Below are positions 9,701-21,998 of a DNA stretch of 64,000 bases, in pieces. This stretch comes from Kiritimatiellia bacterium (GTDB taxonomy: Bacteria; Verrucomicrobiota; Kiritimatiellia; RFP12; UBA1067). The first letter of the stretch is position 1. The number at the start of each line of letters is the position of its first letter. Both the position numbers and the translations under genes were made by a program. The stretch is taken from positions 128,001 to 192,000 of the forward strand of contig JBMNFY010000006.1 in assembly GCA_050949565.1 (NCBI GenBank). Direction: 5' to 3'. The notes beneath the pieces are model-generated. The model saw only the letters and a program-made list of their open reading frames with translations, had not been told where the DNA came from and did no database searches.

Positions 9701-9884
9701 GGCCCTCGACATCCTCGACGCTGGCACCCGGCCATTGCGTGACAACAGTGACTGATGGTGTCTCAACCTCGGGGAAGAGGTCGATGGGCAGCCGCACCAG
9801 CGAGACCAAGCCCAGCACGAGGATGGCGATAAACACCATCAGCGTGAAGATCGGTCGTTTGACTCCGAGTTCGGGCAGACGCAT
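6720..9884 (-). CDS. RND efflux transporter permease (AcrB/HAE1 family)
   Basis: 1054 aa; LPIDLFP, GMVVDNAVVVLEN, RLRPVLITTLTT, multi-TM pattern. Confidence 0.93.
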   Translation of the reverse strand: MRLPELGVKRPIFTLMVFIAILVLGLVSLVRLPIDLFPEVETPSVTVVTQWPGASVEDVEGRVTRVIENQLSIVNNLDEVTSRTREGVSAITCMFDWGTDLEEAANDIRDRVSVSRRYLPDDIEEPIIYKFNSSAMPVLSFAATAKESWEKLYDIIEDDLGDALKRLPGVGAVNVYGGLHRQINIDIDPMKLAGYGLTLNEIEKAIARENLTLPAGSIKNGLIEYTVRVPGEFEDPEEAKDIVVKRNEAGGAIYLRDVADVYDGFEEQTRLSGANGKQSVIFVIQKRSGANTLAVCDSVLKAVEEYMAFMPQDIRIVNLMNSSDFIRQSLRNVTETLMWGGLFVTLTTFVFLRTIRASLVIVLTIPFSLIIAFFFMFVRGWTINIISLSSLSVAIGMVVDNAVVVLENIDSYTRRGVKLREAALYATSEVGLAISASTLTTVAVFVPLIFVTGMAGIFFGQLGGIITVTLMASLFCSLMLTPMLAAYLLKEDRDAIGGGFIGRALYRTSEAMLTRIEEAYSRLLGWALRWRGLVCVGAFAIFCFSLALFPLIGSEFTPDTDSGDLTVNFELGLGTRVEETARICEATRQLGIRLIGEEHIINTRWRCGDSKFGSRRQGSHIGRVEFKLTPMDQRDFTAREAGRRLLDTLRSKPEFVKTSMSTVNRQMGRFSGGGQPIVIEILGHDLEQTRRVAEEIKGLCDRTPGARDASVSMDDGKPELLVQVDRLKIATLGLNVSDVVETVRTLFYGKEASDFREGENEYWIFMRLKESRRSQLADILDSEVVLPNGRRVRIDSIAEVVQDLGPLDIERKDQERMVKVEVDYFGRSIGDVVASIKEGIAREIVLPEATHITYGGMVKEQAEAFADLIGLTILGLVLVYMVMAAQFESLIDPFVIFLALPFAFSGVLLGLYAFDMTFNMFSFIGIILLVGTGVNNGIVLVDYINTLRARGENMTDAIRQSGRQRLRPVLITTLTTVFGMMPLALAGGEGSETWKPMGVTVIGGLSFSTIVTLILVPVLYSLFSRDVHKKHARLLPSELQSEFENAVDAVPSSH

Positions 9885-9886
9885 CG

Positions 9887-11092
9887 TTACTTCCTCTGTC
9901 CGTCGTCCTGTTCATCGGTGAGTCGAACCGGTATGCCGTCGGTCAGCCGATGCTGTCCCATGACCACCACCTGCTCGCCAGCCGCGAGCCCCTGCAGAAT
10001 CTCCAGGCGATTGCTGTCGCGCACGCCGACCGTCAATTCGCGTGTCTCAGCCTTGCCGTCCTTGACCACAAAGGCGAGGAACCGCGCGCCGCGCCGCAAC
10101 GCCACGTCGGCGGGGAGCGTCACGGTGTCGCGCCGGATGTTCAGAATGATATGACCTTCCGCATAGAGACCGGGGCGCAACAACCACTCCCCAGCGTCAC
10201 TGCACTCGTTTTTGAGGCGCACCTCCACCGTAGCGGTGCGCGTGATCGGATCGACCGCCGGATGGATGTGAGCGATCAATCCGACGAACACACGATCGGG
10301 GACGGCATCGGAACGGACGGTGACGGTCGTCTCGCCTGCCGTGAGCATGTGCAGATAGGGACCGGGGATGGCGATCATGAACTTGAGTTCATCCATGGGG
10401 ATGATCTGGACGATCTTGGTTGAGGCGCTGACCATGGCACCGGGGTCAATGTATTTCGCGCTGACGACGCCATCCATTGGGGCATGTAGAAAGGCTTCGG
10501 TCAGCGTCACTTCGATCACGCCAACAGCAGTCTGCGCATGCGTCAGGTTTGCCTCGGCCTGCGCGACGCCCGTGATGGCTTGTTCGTGGGCGGTGACGGC
10601 GAGGTCGCGCTGCTGCTCGGTGGTGGAGCCCTCGGCAAACAGCTTCTCCATGCGCTTACGCTCGCGCTCGCGATCCTTGAGCACGACGTTGGCCGTCGCG
10701 ACTGCGGTCCGCGCAGCTTCAACTGCCGCCTTGGCTTGCGCCAACTGGGCGCGGATATCACGATGGTCAATCACCGCAATCACCTGTTGGTTGGTGACGG
10801 CGAGTCCCTCCCAGACCGGTGTGCCGTCGTCCAAGGCCAGGCGTTCCAGCCGTCCCGAAATTTTCGGCACGACATCTACCGTCCGGATGGCCTCCAGCGA
10901 TCCGGTCAGTTTGATGGCGTTGGTCACGCATCCGGTTTGAACCGTCATGACGCGGACGGGTAGGGCGGCGCGCCCCTTTTGTTCGGTCGGTGGATTTGCC
11001 TTTTCTTTGGCGAGACCGTAGCTGTAATATGCGCCGTATGCGACGGCTGCCATCAGCGCCAGATACACGATGGCTTTCAAAAGCTTTTTCAT
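9887..11092 (-). CDS. RND periplasmic adaptor (membrane fusion protein)
   Basis: N-terminal TM, PKISGRL, coiled hairpin, APMDGVV, LRPGLYA, GLAAGEQVV. Confidence 0.92.
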   Translation of the reverse strand: MKKLLKAIVYLALMAAVAYGAYYSYGLAKEKANPPTEQKGRAALPVRVMTVQTGCVTNAIKLTGSLEAIRTVDVVPKISGRLERLALDDGTPVWEGLAVTNQQVIAVIDHRDIRAQLAQAKAAVEAARTAVATANVVLKDRERERKRMEKLFAEGSTTEQQRDLAVTAHEQAITGVAQAEANLTHAQTAVGVIEVTLTEAFLHAPMDGVVSAKYIDPGAMVSASTKIVQIIPMDELKFMIAIPGPYLHMLTAGETTVTVRSDAVPDRVFVGLIAHIHPAVDPITRTATVEVRLKNECSDAGEWLLRPGLYAEGHIILNIRRDTVTLPADVALRRGARFLAFVVKDGKAETRELTVGVRDSNRLEILQGLAAGEQVVVMGQHRLTDGIPVRLTDEQDDGQRK

Positions 11093-12459
11093 TTGCTATC
11101 CATGTCCTTGCCCAGAAGGCCCGTTGCTTGCTCCAGCGAAAGCCGTGCCATACAGTGGTCGAAGAGCGCGCGGTAGTGATTGCCGCGTGCCTCCGTCAGT
11201 GATGAACGCGCATCAACCACCTCGACTTCGGTATTAACGCCTTCGCGGTAGCCGGTCATAGCCAGCCGCAACCCCTCTTCAGCGTGTTGCAGGTTGAGGC
11301 GTTGTGATTCGACGTACTCCTCCGCGTTCTTCAGGTTCAGCAACGCTTGCTGGACATCCAGAAAGACATCCTCTTCCACGCTTTTCAATTCGATCTCGCG
11401 CTGGCGCAGCTTGGCTTTGGCGGCGATCAGTTCGCCTTCCCTACCGAATCCGTCGAAGATCGGCCAGTTCAACTCCAGCGCCGCACGTTGTGTGCCGGAC
11501 CACTCATCGTCACCGTCGCGTGCGCGGTCGGTACCGGCGCTGAGGGCGAGATCGACTTCCGGCAGGTAGGTGCTTTGCAGCGCACGGACATTCTCGCGCT
11601 GCATGCGGATGTTCAACTCCGCCATGTAGAGGTCGGGCCGGTTGGCATACGCTATTTCGATCGCCTCCTCCAGCGTCGTCTCGACCGGTGCATGAAGTAA
11701 CTGGTCCGCCAGTTTGATTGGCGCGTCGGTGGCGGTTCCAAGCGTGCGCAACAGGCTGGTTTTGGCGAGCACGAGATTGTTCTCCTGACGGATGAGTTCG
11801 GCGCGGAAGTTGGCCACATCGACCTGTGCACGTAGCTCGTCATATTTCGAGGCCACGCCGTTGACACGCTTGACCCGGACATCGCTCAGGTGCGCCTCGG
11901 CAGACACCACCGCGTCACGGTTGACTTGACACAGGTTATCCGCCAACAGGGCGGTGTAGTAAGCGGTGGTGACCTGTTTGATAACAGTTTGGATGGTGTC
12001 ACGCACGCTTTCGTCTGACCAGAAGGCGAACAGCTTGGCGGCGCGCAGAGCTGCCGTCGCACCGCCGCCGCGGAACAGCGGCTGCCGGAAGGAGATGCCG
12101 GCGCTGTCGGCGTCGCGGGTGCCGTGCGCCGTCGAAGCCGTCGCATCGACACGGGGCAGGGCAAGCCGGTGGGCGGAGACCAGTTGGCCTCGTGCGACTT
12201 CGCGCTCTTGGACTTTGGCCTGCAACGACTTGTTGTAGAGCAAGGCGATGCGCACCGCCTCATCCAGCGAGAGGTTTTCGGCGGGGACCGGAATATCCCC
12301 GTCTTCACGTAACCGCAACCAAGCGTCATAGGCCTCGTCGCGCGTTTCTAGCAGTTCATCATACAGCGCGTCGCGCGTGAGGCATCCGGCCAGACAAACC
12401 GTACACAACCCCGTCACGCAGACACGCCCCCACATGCCGTGTCTCGTCGTCATTCTCAT
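11089..12459 (-). CDS. TolC-family outer membrane efflux lipoprotein
   Basis: Lipobox LAGC; LSLDEAVRIAL, duplicated OEP repeat, WPIFDGF; overlaps the adaptor start. Confidence 0.9.
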   Translation of the reverse strand: MRMTTRHGMWGRVCVTGLCTVCLAGCLTRDALYDELLETRDEAYDAWLRLREDGDIPVPAENLSLDEAVRIALLYNKSLQAKVQEREVARGQLVSAHRLALPRVDATASTAHGTRDADSAGISFRQPLFRGGGATAALRAAKLFAFWSDESVRDTIQTVIKQVTTAYYTALLADNLCQVNRDAVVSAEAHLSDVRVKRVNGVASKYDELRAQVDVANFRAELIRQENNLVLAKTSLLRTLGTATDAPIKLADQLLHAPVETTLEEAIEIAYANRPDLYMAELNIRMQRENVRALQSTYLPEVDLALSAGTDRARDGDDEWSGTQRAALELNWPIFDGFGREGELIAAKAKLRQREIELKSVEEDVFLDVQQALLNLKNAEEYVESQRLNLQHAEEGLRLAMTGYREGVNTEVEVVDARSSLTEARGNHYRALFDHCMARLSLEQATGLLGKDMDSK

Positions 12460-12617
12460 CTTCCCCGATGCGTGCGTCCCCGCCTCTGAGAGTTAAAGCT
12501 GAAAGTGGGGCATTATAGCGCGGGACTCTATTCTGTGTATACTCATTTTGTTGAGCCGTAGCGGCTCCGCAGCGGCTCATTCGCGCACTTAAAACTTCTT
12601 AAAATTTGTTTCCGTGA

Positions 12618-12646
12618 TTGGCGACGGGGGGGCAATGTGGTACCTT
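12618..12646 (+). promoter_or_regulatory. Possible sigma70 promoter for the PTS IIA-purL unit
   Basis: TTGGCG-N17-TACCTT with extended -10 TG. Confidence 0.3.
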
Positions 12647-12686
12647 ACATCACCGTGATTCACGGAGTGTATTGCGTTGGAGACAT

Positions 12687-13142
12687 ATGGCGAGTTTTGA
12701 AGAGATTATCGAGAAGAGTCTGGTCTGCCTCAATTTGACAGACAACGAAGGGTCGCTTGTGATCAAGACCCTGATCGACCAAGCGGTGCAGGAAGGGCTG
12801 CTGGCGGCGGAACACCGGGATGCCGCTGTCAAAGCGGTCATCAACCGGGAATTGAGTGCGTCAACCGCTCTACCTGACGGTATCGCTCTGCCGCATGGGC
12901 GCGTTGAGTGTGTGCAGGATATCGTGTGCATGCTCGGCATCCACCCGCAGGGCATCGCGTTCGGTGCCCCTGACAACCGTGTCACGCATGTCTTTGTTTT
13001 GTTGCTGGTGCCGGCGACGGTCGCCTGTAACCATATCCACTTTTTAGCTAGGCTTAGCCGCCGTCTCATGGAGGCTTCAGTGCGCAATGATCTGTTGGCG
13101 GCACAATCGCGGGAAGAAGTGTTGAGGACAATTTTAAGTTGA
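12687..13142 (+). CDS. PTS EIIA component (Fru/Ntr-type, PtsN-like)
   Basis: [19 protein letters not shown] (phospho-His motif), [18 protein letters not shown]. Confidence 0.88.
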   Translation: MASFEEIIEKSLVCLNLTDNEGSLVIKTLIDQAVQEGLLAAEHRDAAVKAVINRELSASTALPDGIALPHGRVECVQDIVCMLGIHPQGIAFGAPDNRVTHVFVLLLVPATVACNHIHFLARLSRRLMEASVRNDLLAAQSREEVLRTILS

Positions 13143-13287
13143 GTTTTGTTTTTTCAGTTTCTTGAGGATCTTGCAAGCCCCTCGTGGCATGGGCGTCCCG
13201 CCCATGAAACACGGGCAAGATGCCCGTGCCACACCTGTGCAAGCAGGAGGTTTTGCAAGAGCCTCTCTTAAAGGTAAGGAATATTCC

Positions 13288-16200
13288 ATGAAGCCGTTGA
13301 TGGTCGTTGGGCGTGATGCATTTTCTCAGTTCCGTTTGACCACGTTGTCAGAGAAGGTCTCTGCTGCGTTGACCGCTCAGGGTGCGGTCAGGATTGAAGC
13401 GCGGTTCGTTTATCTGCTGGATGTGGAGCAGCCGATCAAGGCCCAGTCGCTGGCGCGTGCCTGTTCCTTGCTCGGGGCGTCTCAAGATGAAGCGGTGTCG
13501 GGTGGTTTTTTTGTGACGCCGCGCAAGGGGACGATTTCGCCCTGGTCATCCAGAGCAACCGACCTCTTCCGCAATTGTGGGCTAGGGGGAATCAATCGCG
13601 TGGAGCGCGGCGTGCATATCCGGGTCTTTGCGCAGGAGACCGAACTGTCGCTCGCGGCGTTGCGTCCCGCGTTGAACCTGCTACATGACCGCATGATCGA
13701 AGGTGTCTATCTCGATTTGAATGATCTCTTTGAGACGCGGCCGCCAGCTCCGGGACGCACCTTCGATCTGTTGGGCCAGGGGCGCGCCGCCTTGGATGCT
13801 GCCAACCGCGAGATGGGGCTGGCGCTGAGCGATGACGAGATCCTTTATCTGTGCGACAGCTACACCAAAGCCGGCCGCAACCCGACTGACACCGAGTTGG
13901 TGATGTTCGGCCAAGTCAACTCTGAGCACTGCCGACACAAGATTTTCAATGCCAACTGGATCATCGACGGCGAGCGTAAGGAGTCGTCGCTGTTTCAGAT
14001 GATTAAGAACACGCACGCCTGCCACCCCGACGGTACGTTGGTGGCCTACAAGGATAACTCCGGTGTCATGGAGGGCTTTCCGGGCGTTGGCTTTGAGGTG
14101 GACCCTGCTACGCGCGCCTATCGCTTTGAAGAGGATCAGATCGACATCCTCATGAAGGTCGAGACGCATAACCATCCGACCGCGATTTCGCCCTTCCCCG
14201 GCGCCGCCACCGGCGTGGGCGGCGAAATCCGCGACGAGGCTGCGACCGGCACCGGCGGCCGCAGCAAGGCCGGCCTCTCAGGCTTTATGGTCTCCAACCT
14301 GCGCGTGCCGGGTTTTGAAATGCCGTGGGAAAAACCGTCCCCGAGCTTGCCCGCTCGTCTCGCCTCGCCGCTCGACATCGTGCTGGAGGGATCGGTCGGC
14401 GGTGCATCGTTCGGTAATGAGTTTGGACGTCCTCAACTGTGCGGCTTTTTCCGGACCTATGAGGAGATGACGGCGGACCGTTATTATGGTTACCATAAGC
14501 CGATCATGCTGGCGGGCGGCGTGGGCAATATCCGCCGCAGTCAGGTCTACAAGAAGGCGGTTCCGCCGGGATCCTTGATCGTACAGTTGGGCGGTCCCTC
14601 AATGCGCATCGGCCTCGGCGGCGGCGCGGCCTCTTCCATGGGCACCAGCAGCAACGACGAGGCACTGGACTTCGATTCGGTGCAACGCGCCAATGCCGAG
14701 ATCGAGTGCCGTTGCCAAGAGGTCATCAATGCCTGTGTGGCACTCGGTGCAAACAATCCCATCCTCAGCATCCATGATGTCGGCGCGGGGGGCCTTTCCA
14801 ACGCCTGTCCGGAACTGATCGAGAAGACCGGTGCGACCTTTGACTTGCGCGCCGTGCCCAATGCGGACCCCTCCCTGAGCCCGATGGAAATCTGGTGCTG
14901 CGAAGCGCAGGAGCGGTATGTGCTGGCGATCGCGCCTGAAAGCCGCACCCTCCTTGAGCGTTTGTGTGAGCGCGAGCGTTGCCCTGTGGCCTTCATCGGC
15001 GTCGCGCGCGACGACCAGCGTCTGGTGCTCGAAGACAGCCATTTCAACGACCGCCCGATCGACATGGACATCCGCGTGTTGCTCGGCAAGCCGCCCCGCA
15101 TGGTGCGCGAGGTCACGCGCGAAACGGCAGAGCCGGAACCGCTGGTGCTCGATAACATGACACCGATGGCGGCGCTCGAGCGCGTGCTGCAAGCGCCGAG
15201 CGTGGCCGACAAGACGTTCCTGATTACGGGTACCGACCGCACCGTCTCTGGGCTGATACACCGCGATCAGATGGTCGGGCGCTACCAGTTGCCGGTTGCC
15301 GACAACGCGGTGACGGTCACCGGTCATCAGGCCACGACCGGCGAGGCGATGGCGCTCGGCGAGCGCGCGCCCGTTGCGCTGGTTGACGCGCCCGCTTCGG
15401 GACGTATGGCCGTGGCCGAGGCGATCACCAATATCGCCGGTGTCAATATCGGCCCGATCCACGCCATCAAGCTCTCGGCCAACTGGATGGCTGCATGCGG
15501 CGAGGCGGGCGAGGATGCCAAGCTTTTCGACACGGTCGCATCGGTCGGCATGACCTTCTGCCCGCAGCTCGGCGTGTCGATCCCTGTCGGCAAGGATTCG
15601 CTCTCCATGCGCACGGTGTGGCAGGATGAAAAGGGCGCGTCGCATCGTCAGATCGCGCCGTTGAGTTTGGTCGTCAGCGCCTTTGCATCGGTGCAGGATG
15701 TACGTAAAACCCTCACGCCCGATCTCAAACCCGGTGCCAGCGAACTGCTGCTGATCGATCTCGGACGCGGTCGCAACCGGCTGGGGGCCAGCGTGTTGGC
15801 GCAGGTCCACAATCAGGTCGGCAATGAAGCGGCGGACGCGGATGATCCGGCGCTGTTGCGGCGTTTCTTCGACGCGATGCAGGCATTGGTGGCCGAGGGG
15901 GCGCTGCTGGCTTATCACGACCGTTCCGACGGCGGCGTCGTCGTAACGTTGGCCGAAATGGCGATGGCGGGCGGGCGCGGTGTAGCGATTGATCTACCGG
16001 GGCAGGAGCCGCTGGCCGCGTTGTTCAGCGAAGAGCTGGGCGCGGTGCTGCAAGTGGCCGAAGGCGCGCAAGAGCGGGTCATGGCGGTGCTGGCCGAGCA
16101 GGGGCTTGCCGATGCCGATATCTGTGTGCGCATCGGGCGGCCGACCGACGACCGGCGTTTCCACATTGCGGTGGGTGGGAAGACGGCCGTGGAGACGGAC

Positions 16201-17145
16201 CTCACTTGGCTGCGGCGTACGTGGTCGGCGCTGACCTGCCGCATGCAGGCGTTGCGCGACAATCCGGTGTGCGCGTGGCAGGAGTATGATAATGCGCTGG
16301 ACGAGACCTATCCGGGCATGCAATTTGCTGTGACTTTCGATCCGGATGCTCCGACTGGTATGAGCGTGCAGCAGAAGCCGCGCATGGCGGTGCTGCGCGA
16401 GCAGGGAACCAATGGACATGCCGAAATGGCCGCCGCATTCACGTTGGCCGGCTTCGAGGCGGTCGATGTGCATACGACTGACCTGTTGGAAGGCCGCGTC
16501 GATCTTGCCGGGTTCAATGGCTTGGTGGCATGCGGCGGCTTTTCATTCGGCGACGTCTTGGGCGCTGGTTCAGGCTGGGCGCACAGCATCCTCTACAACG
16601 CCCGGTTGACTGAGCTATTCAAACGCTTCTTCGAGCGGCCTGATACGATCACGTTGGGGGTCGGCAACGGTTGCCAGATGCTGGCGCAGCTTAAGGCGCT
16701 CATTCCGGGTGCCGCGCATTGGCCGCGCTTCCAGCGCAATCTTTCCGAGCAGTTCGAAGCGCGCTACTCGATCGTCGAGGTCATGGAGTCGCCCTCTGTG
16801 CTGCTGAAGGGCATGGAGGGTTCGCGTCTGCCGGTCGCGGCTGCGCACGGCGAGGGTTTGGCTGTTTTCGCGTCGTCGGAAGATGAAGCGCAAGCGATTG
16901 CTTCGTTGCGCTATGTGGACGGTCGCGGCCAGCCGACTGAGCGTTATCCGTGGAATCCGAGCGGCACGAAGGGCGGGCTGACCGGCTTCACTTCAAGCGA
17001 CGGTCGTGCGACCATCCTGATGCCGCATCCGGAGCGCGGCTTCCGTTCGGTGCAGCTCTCGTACCGTCCCGCCGATCTCTTCACCGGCGAGGCCGGCCCC
17101 TGGATGCGCCTCTTCCATAATGCGTATGCGTTCGTCGCGCGCTAA
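13288..17145 (+). CDS. purL: Phosphoribosylformylglycinamidine synthase, large single-chain type
   Basis: [63 protein letters not shown]; ATG 13288 after AAGGAA. Confidence 0.96.
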   Translation: MKPLMVVGRDAFSQFRLTTLSEKVSAALTAQGAVRIEARFVYLLDVEQPIKAQSLARACSLLGASQDEAVSGGFFVTPRKGTISPWSSRATDLFRNCGLGGINRVERGVHIRVFAQETELSLAALRPALNLLHDRMIEGVYLDLNDLFETRPPAPGRTFDLLGQGRAALDAANREMGLALSDDEILYLCDSYTKAGRNPTDTELVMFGQVNSEHCRHKIFNANWIIDGERKESSLFQMIKNTHACHPDGTLVAYKDNSGVMEGFPGVGFEVDPATRAYRFEEDQIDILMKVETHNHPTAISPFPGAATGVGGEIRDEAATGTGGRSKAGLSGFMVSNLRVPGFEMPWEKPSPSLPARLASPLDIVLEGSVGGASFGNEFGRPQLCGFFRTYEEMTADRYYGYHKPIMLAGGVGNIRRSQVYKKAVPPGSLIVQLGGPSMRIGLGGGAASSMGTSSNDEALDFDSVQRANAEIECRCQEVINACVALGANNPILSIHDVGAGGLSNACPELIEKTGATFDLRAVPNADPSLSPMEIWCCEAQERYVLAIAPESRTLLERLCERERCPVAFIGVARDDQRLVLEDSHFNDRPIDMDIRVLLGKPPRMVREVTRETAEPEPLVLDNMTPMAALERVLQAPSVADKTFLITGTDRTVSGLIHRDQMVGRYQLPVADNAVTVTGHQATTGEAMALGERAPVALVDAPASGRMAVAEAITNIAGVNIGPIHAIKLSANWMAACGEAGEDAKLFDTVASVGMTFCPQLGVSIPVGKDSLSMRTVWQDEKGASHRQIAPLSLVVSAFASVQDVRKTLTPDLKPGASELLLIDLGRGRNRLGASVLAQVHNQVGNEAADADDPALLRRFFDAMQALVAEGALLAYHDRSDGGVVVTLAEMAMAGGRGVAIDLPGQEPLAALFSEELGAVLQVAEGAQERVMAVLAEQGLADADICVRIGRPTDDRRFHIAVGGKTAVETDLTWLRRTWSALTCRMQALRDNPVCAWQEYDNALDETYPGMQFAVTFDPDAPTGMSVQQKPRMAVLREQGTNGHAEMAAAFTLAGFEAVDVHTTDLLEGRVDLAGFNGLVACGGFSFGDVLGAGSGWAHSILYNARLTELFKRFFERPDTITLGVGNGCQMLAQLKALIPGAAHWPRFQRNLSEQFEARYSIVEVMESPSVLLKGMEGSRLPVAAAHGEGLAVFASSEDEAQAIASLRYVDGRGQPTERYPWNPSGTKGGLTGFTSSDGRATILMPHPERGFRSVQLSYRPADLFTGEAGPWMRLFHNAYAFVAR

Positions 17146-17157
17146 GGGTGCCATCGG

Positions 17158-17420
17158 CTTATTGCGACCACCCAGTGGTCGCAATGATGAGAGTAAAAGC
17201 ACAGGTCTTCGCAAGTCTTGCGAAAAATGTGGAGTGCGGCGGCAAGCGGGTTTCCGCGCGACGCCGCTTTTTGAGCAGGGGTGCGGTGGCGAGGTGGCGT
17301 GTAAAAGCGGTGCCGCGACCCGCGCACAGCGTGGCTCTTGTCACCGCAAGTCCAGTCGTCAGGCTTGCGAAGCGCCGGGAGGGACGAGCGTCTGCTCGTC
17401 CGGCGGCGTAAACGCCGCAC
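17158..17420. repeat. Composite REP-like mosaic between convergent genes
   Basis: Hairpin TTGCGACCAC-cca-GTGGTCGCAA; inverted pair of GGAGTGCGG...CGCTTT modules (17231-17270, 17304-17348); GGGAGGGACGAGCGTCTGCTCGTCC; GCGGCGTAAACGCCGC. Confidence 0.85.
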
Positions 17421-17437
17421 ACAGAACGGGGCGCACG

Positions 17438-18442
17438 CTAGTCATACGAACGGAAGCGTTCGCGCAGCAGGCGGTACAGGCCGCGGATGCCGGTCGGCCA
17501 GAGGCGCGTGGGCGTTGTCGCTTCGAGCGCCGCTTCGACATCGTCCGGCAGGTCGGCGAGAAAATCCAGTCCGGTGATGCGCTCGATCTCGTCGATCGAG
17601 ACGAGTGTGGAGCGTGCGTAGGCTCGGCTTCGGATGTTTTGCGGCATGTAGACCGCGAACGCCCGCAGGCGTTCGCCGCGCTGCGAGACTACGATCTGGT
17701 AAAAGGCGGTCGGGATACTGATGCCTGACTGGAGTCGCCTGTCTTCCGGTGAGGGAACCGCGCCGACGATGACCCAGACCGACCCGACGGTGTTCGGCCA
17801 GATCTCCGAAATGCGGTATTCGAGTTCGTACCAAGGGCCGCGATTCAAGCCGGAGCGTTGCGGGCAGATGTTCGAGGTCAGAAAGGTCTCAAGCTGCGCC
17901 GCCTTACCGAACCGAGAGGCAATGGCGAGGTTGGGTACCATGTGGCCACGATCATAGCCGCTCTTGGTGTATTCTTTGTGTTGCGGCGAGCGTTTGGCTT
18001 GCGGATCTGGCTTGAAGCTGGAGGGCCGGGGCGGCAGTTCGGCGGGCGTCGCCACCGGGTAGGTGCGGTAAGCGGCCCACAGCGGATGCCGCAGCGAGGG
18101 CGAGTAGCCGACCACGAATCCTGTCTTGCGCAGGATGGCGATGTCGCTGGGGGCCGGTTCGCCGACGCGCCTCGGCACACCGGCACAGGTGACCATGTTG
18201 GTCGGCAGCGTCGCGGGATAAGCGACCTCAACATCTCGCCCGGTCAGGCCAAGCGCGTCGGTGAGATCGGCCGATGCGTTGCCGATGCGCGCAGCCCACT
18301 TGGCCAACGGCGGGGGCAGGTGTTGCGCCTGCACCTGTTGCCAGTAGCGCGGCTGGTGGACATACCAGTTGGTCACCAACGCGACCAGCACAAGCAAGGT
18401 GCTGGCCCAACGGATGCAACGGCTGATCAGACGGCGTACCAT
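17438..18442 (-). CDS. Membrane-anchored DNA/RNA non-specific endonuclease (NucA/EndoG family)
   Basis: YDRGHMVPN, SNICPQ...LNRGPWYELE, IPTAFY, IERITGLDF; N-terminal hydrophobic segment. Confidence 0.92.
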   Translation of the reverse strand: MVRRLISRCIRWASTLLVLVALVTNWYVHQPRYWQQVQAQHLPPPLAKWAARIGNASADLTDALGLTGRDVEVAYPATLPTNMVTCAGVPRRVGEPAPSDIAILRKTGFVVGYSPSLRHPLWAAYRTYPVATPAELPPRPSSFKPDPQAKRSPQHKEYTKSGYDRGHMVPNLAIASRFGKAAQLETFLTSNICPQRSGLNRGPWYELEYRISEIWPNTVGSVWVIVGAVPSPEDRRLQSGISIPTAFYQIVVSQRGERLRAFAVYMPQNIRSRAYARSTLVSIDEIERITGLDFLADLPDDVEAALEATTPTRLWPTGIRGLYRLLRERFRSYD

Positions 18443-18448
18443 ACACGG

Positions 18449-19674
18449 TCAGGTGGTTGAGAGGACGTAGTCATAACATTGGGCGAGCGCTTGCTGGAAG
18501 TCTTGCGGTGAACGCCGTTCGCGCCGCAAGGTTTCGCGGCCGCGCCGGGAGAGTTCAGCACCCAGACGCGGGCTGTCGCAAAGGCGCAGGATTCCCGCCG
18601 CGAACTCTGCCGGGATCGGGCGCGTGATGACGGCATTCTCGGCGGAGAGGATGGCGCGGTTTGCAGGAGTGTCGGCCGCGACAATCGGCGTGCCGGACTT
18701 GAGGTAATCCAAGACTTTGATCGGTGCCGTCGTGCCGGCGCGGCGCGGCGAGATGAGTACATCCGAAATCGACAGCAGCGCAGCAAGCTCTTCGGTCCCG
18801 ATGCGTCCCGGGAAACAGACCGACTCGTCGATACCGGCGCGGTTGAGAGCCTGGGTCATCCGCCGAATTTCAGCGGCGTCGCCACCGACGACAACGAAGC
18901 GTACGTTCGGGCGCGCCGCCAGTACATGCGGCATCGCGTTGAAAAACAGATCGAGCCCCTGAAAACGTGAGTAAGAACCGACGCAGGTGACCAGCTTCTG
19001 GTTGCGCTCGGTTCGGTAACGGGCCATGGCGAGATTGTGGACTGATGGCGAGATTTCTTCGTCAATCGCCGGAATGTCGGGGATTACACACGCGCGGCTG
19101 CGGCAGTTAAGGCGGCTGAACAGCTCGATCATCCCTGTGTCGTTACCGATGACAGCGGCCGCGCGGCGTAGCGCCCGCCGCTCCAGAAACCGGTGGAGGG
19201 TGTGCCAGAAAGGGTTTAATCCACGCGACCGATTCGGAACGAAATCACCCGTGCGCTCAAATACCCACGGGGTTTTTGTCAGACGGCCGGCAATACCAGC
19301 CACGACTCCGCCGTCATCGATACCGTGCATGAGGGTATAGGCGTGACGGTTGCAGGCGGCGACAGCTTTGGCAGCCATGACGACATCTGTCGCAAAACGG
19401 CGCAGCGATGGTCCCGGCGGAAGGTTCCGGCAGAAGGGTAGATGCGGGGTTGAGAGCGACTGCACGCCCGGCATCTCAGGCACGGCACTGCCCGGCGGGG
19501 TCAGGAGGTCCACCGTGTGCCCGAGCGCGACAAGCGCCGCGAGATCATGGCGCACACGATGGCTGGCCCCGCGCCATGGAACGAAGGGAGTCGAAGAGAC
19601 AAACAGGATACGGGGCATGGCAAAAAGGTCTGTAGTGAAAGGACGGGGCGAGTGACCGGCCCCGCTTTTCTTCG

Positions 19675-19678
<4 letters not shown>
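18449..19678 (-). CDS. Glycosyltransferase family 4 (GT-B)
   Basis: VGSYSRFQGLD, SDVLISPR...PIKVLDYLKSGTPIVA; TTG start overlaps the upstream stop (alternative ATG 19618). Confidence 0.88.
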
Positions 19679-21075
<1,397 letters not shown>

Positions 21076-21116
21076 TGTGTGTTTTCCTTTATTGTCAGAT
21101 AGAGTTAACGAGATTT

Positions 21117-21998
21117 TCAGGGCGTTGCTAGGCTGCCCGGAGCGGGATCGCTGGCCAGCGTGATCGTGCCCAAGTCTTTCACGGAGGTTGTCACGCGGAT
21201 TCCCTGCAATGCCTTACAGAAGTAGCCGGGGATCGGTCCCTTGGTGTCGGGCGGTCCCAGCTCCTGACGGGTGATCTCGCGGGTCTTTTTCATCTCCCAG
21301 TGGACGCCCAACTTGCTGGTGCCGACGCTTTCCATCAGACAGAGCTTAATGCTGCGGATTTGAATGTGTTTCAGGACCTCGGCACTTTGTAGGGTGACCG
21401 GAAGGGTGCGCACCTCCTGCTCAAGTACACGCGCTCTGCCGAAGGTGCCGCTCTGGCCTTCGAGTCGGTGTTGGTTTTTCACGTTGAAAAAGGGATTGGA
21501 CTCGTTGACCTTTGCCCTGATCACGCGCACATCCGACTCGGTCAGCGTGTTCTCGTCGCGCGAGAGCAGTAACCCTTCGTAAAAACAGTTCTCGCACAGC
21601 ACGAAGAGATCGTACTTGCCGGGCGGCAGCCCATGGAAAGAGAAGGCGTTGTTCTCGCCCAGTGCGGCGAGAAAGACCTCGTTGGTCATGTCTTTGTTGA
21701 TGTTGCGCGCATTCTTGGCGGCGTCGCCACCCGCCACATTGGCCAGCGCGGAAACGTTGGGGAATCTTTGTGGCATGGCCAGCACGCCGAGCACTTCGGA
21801 TGGATTGCCGGCGATCACGCCGCGCAAACCGCCGCCAGCCCAAGGATCGGGCTTGGTGTACAGGTTGATACTGACCTGGGTTTTGCTGTAAGGCGACATA
21901 TTGCCGGGGTTGATCTTAGTCGCCGCGCAGACCAGCGAGGCCGCGAGAACGGCCAGCAAAGCACCAGCGGCACGGGGGGCTATACGGGATGTCATCAT
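21117..21998 (-). CDS. Secreted hypothetical protein with a carboxypeptidase-regulatory-like beta-sandwich segment
   Basis: Signal peptide; FSFHGLPPGKYDLFV motif; start overlaps the upstream stop. Confidence 0.7.
   Translation of the reverse strand: MMTSRIAPRAAGALLAVLAASLVCAATKINPGNMSPYSKTQVSINLYTKPDPWAGGGLRGVIAGNPSEVLGVLAMPQRFPNVSALANVAGGDAAKNARNINKDMTNEVFLAALGENNAFSFHGLPPGKYDLFVLCENCFYEGLLLSRDENTLTESDVRVIRAKVNESNPFFNVKNQHRLEGQSGTFGRARVLEQEVRTLPVTLQSAEVLKHIQIRSIKLCLMESVGTSKLGVHWEMKKTREITRQELGPPDTKGPIPGYFCKALQGIRVTTSVKDLGTITLASDPAPGSLATP

Noticed and set aside
13162-13287. N-terminal extension of PurL in the ORF track
   Set aside because: Derived from repeat module B; ATG 13288 has a good RBS and is the more plausible start.
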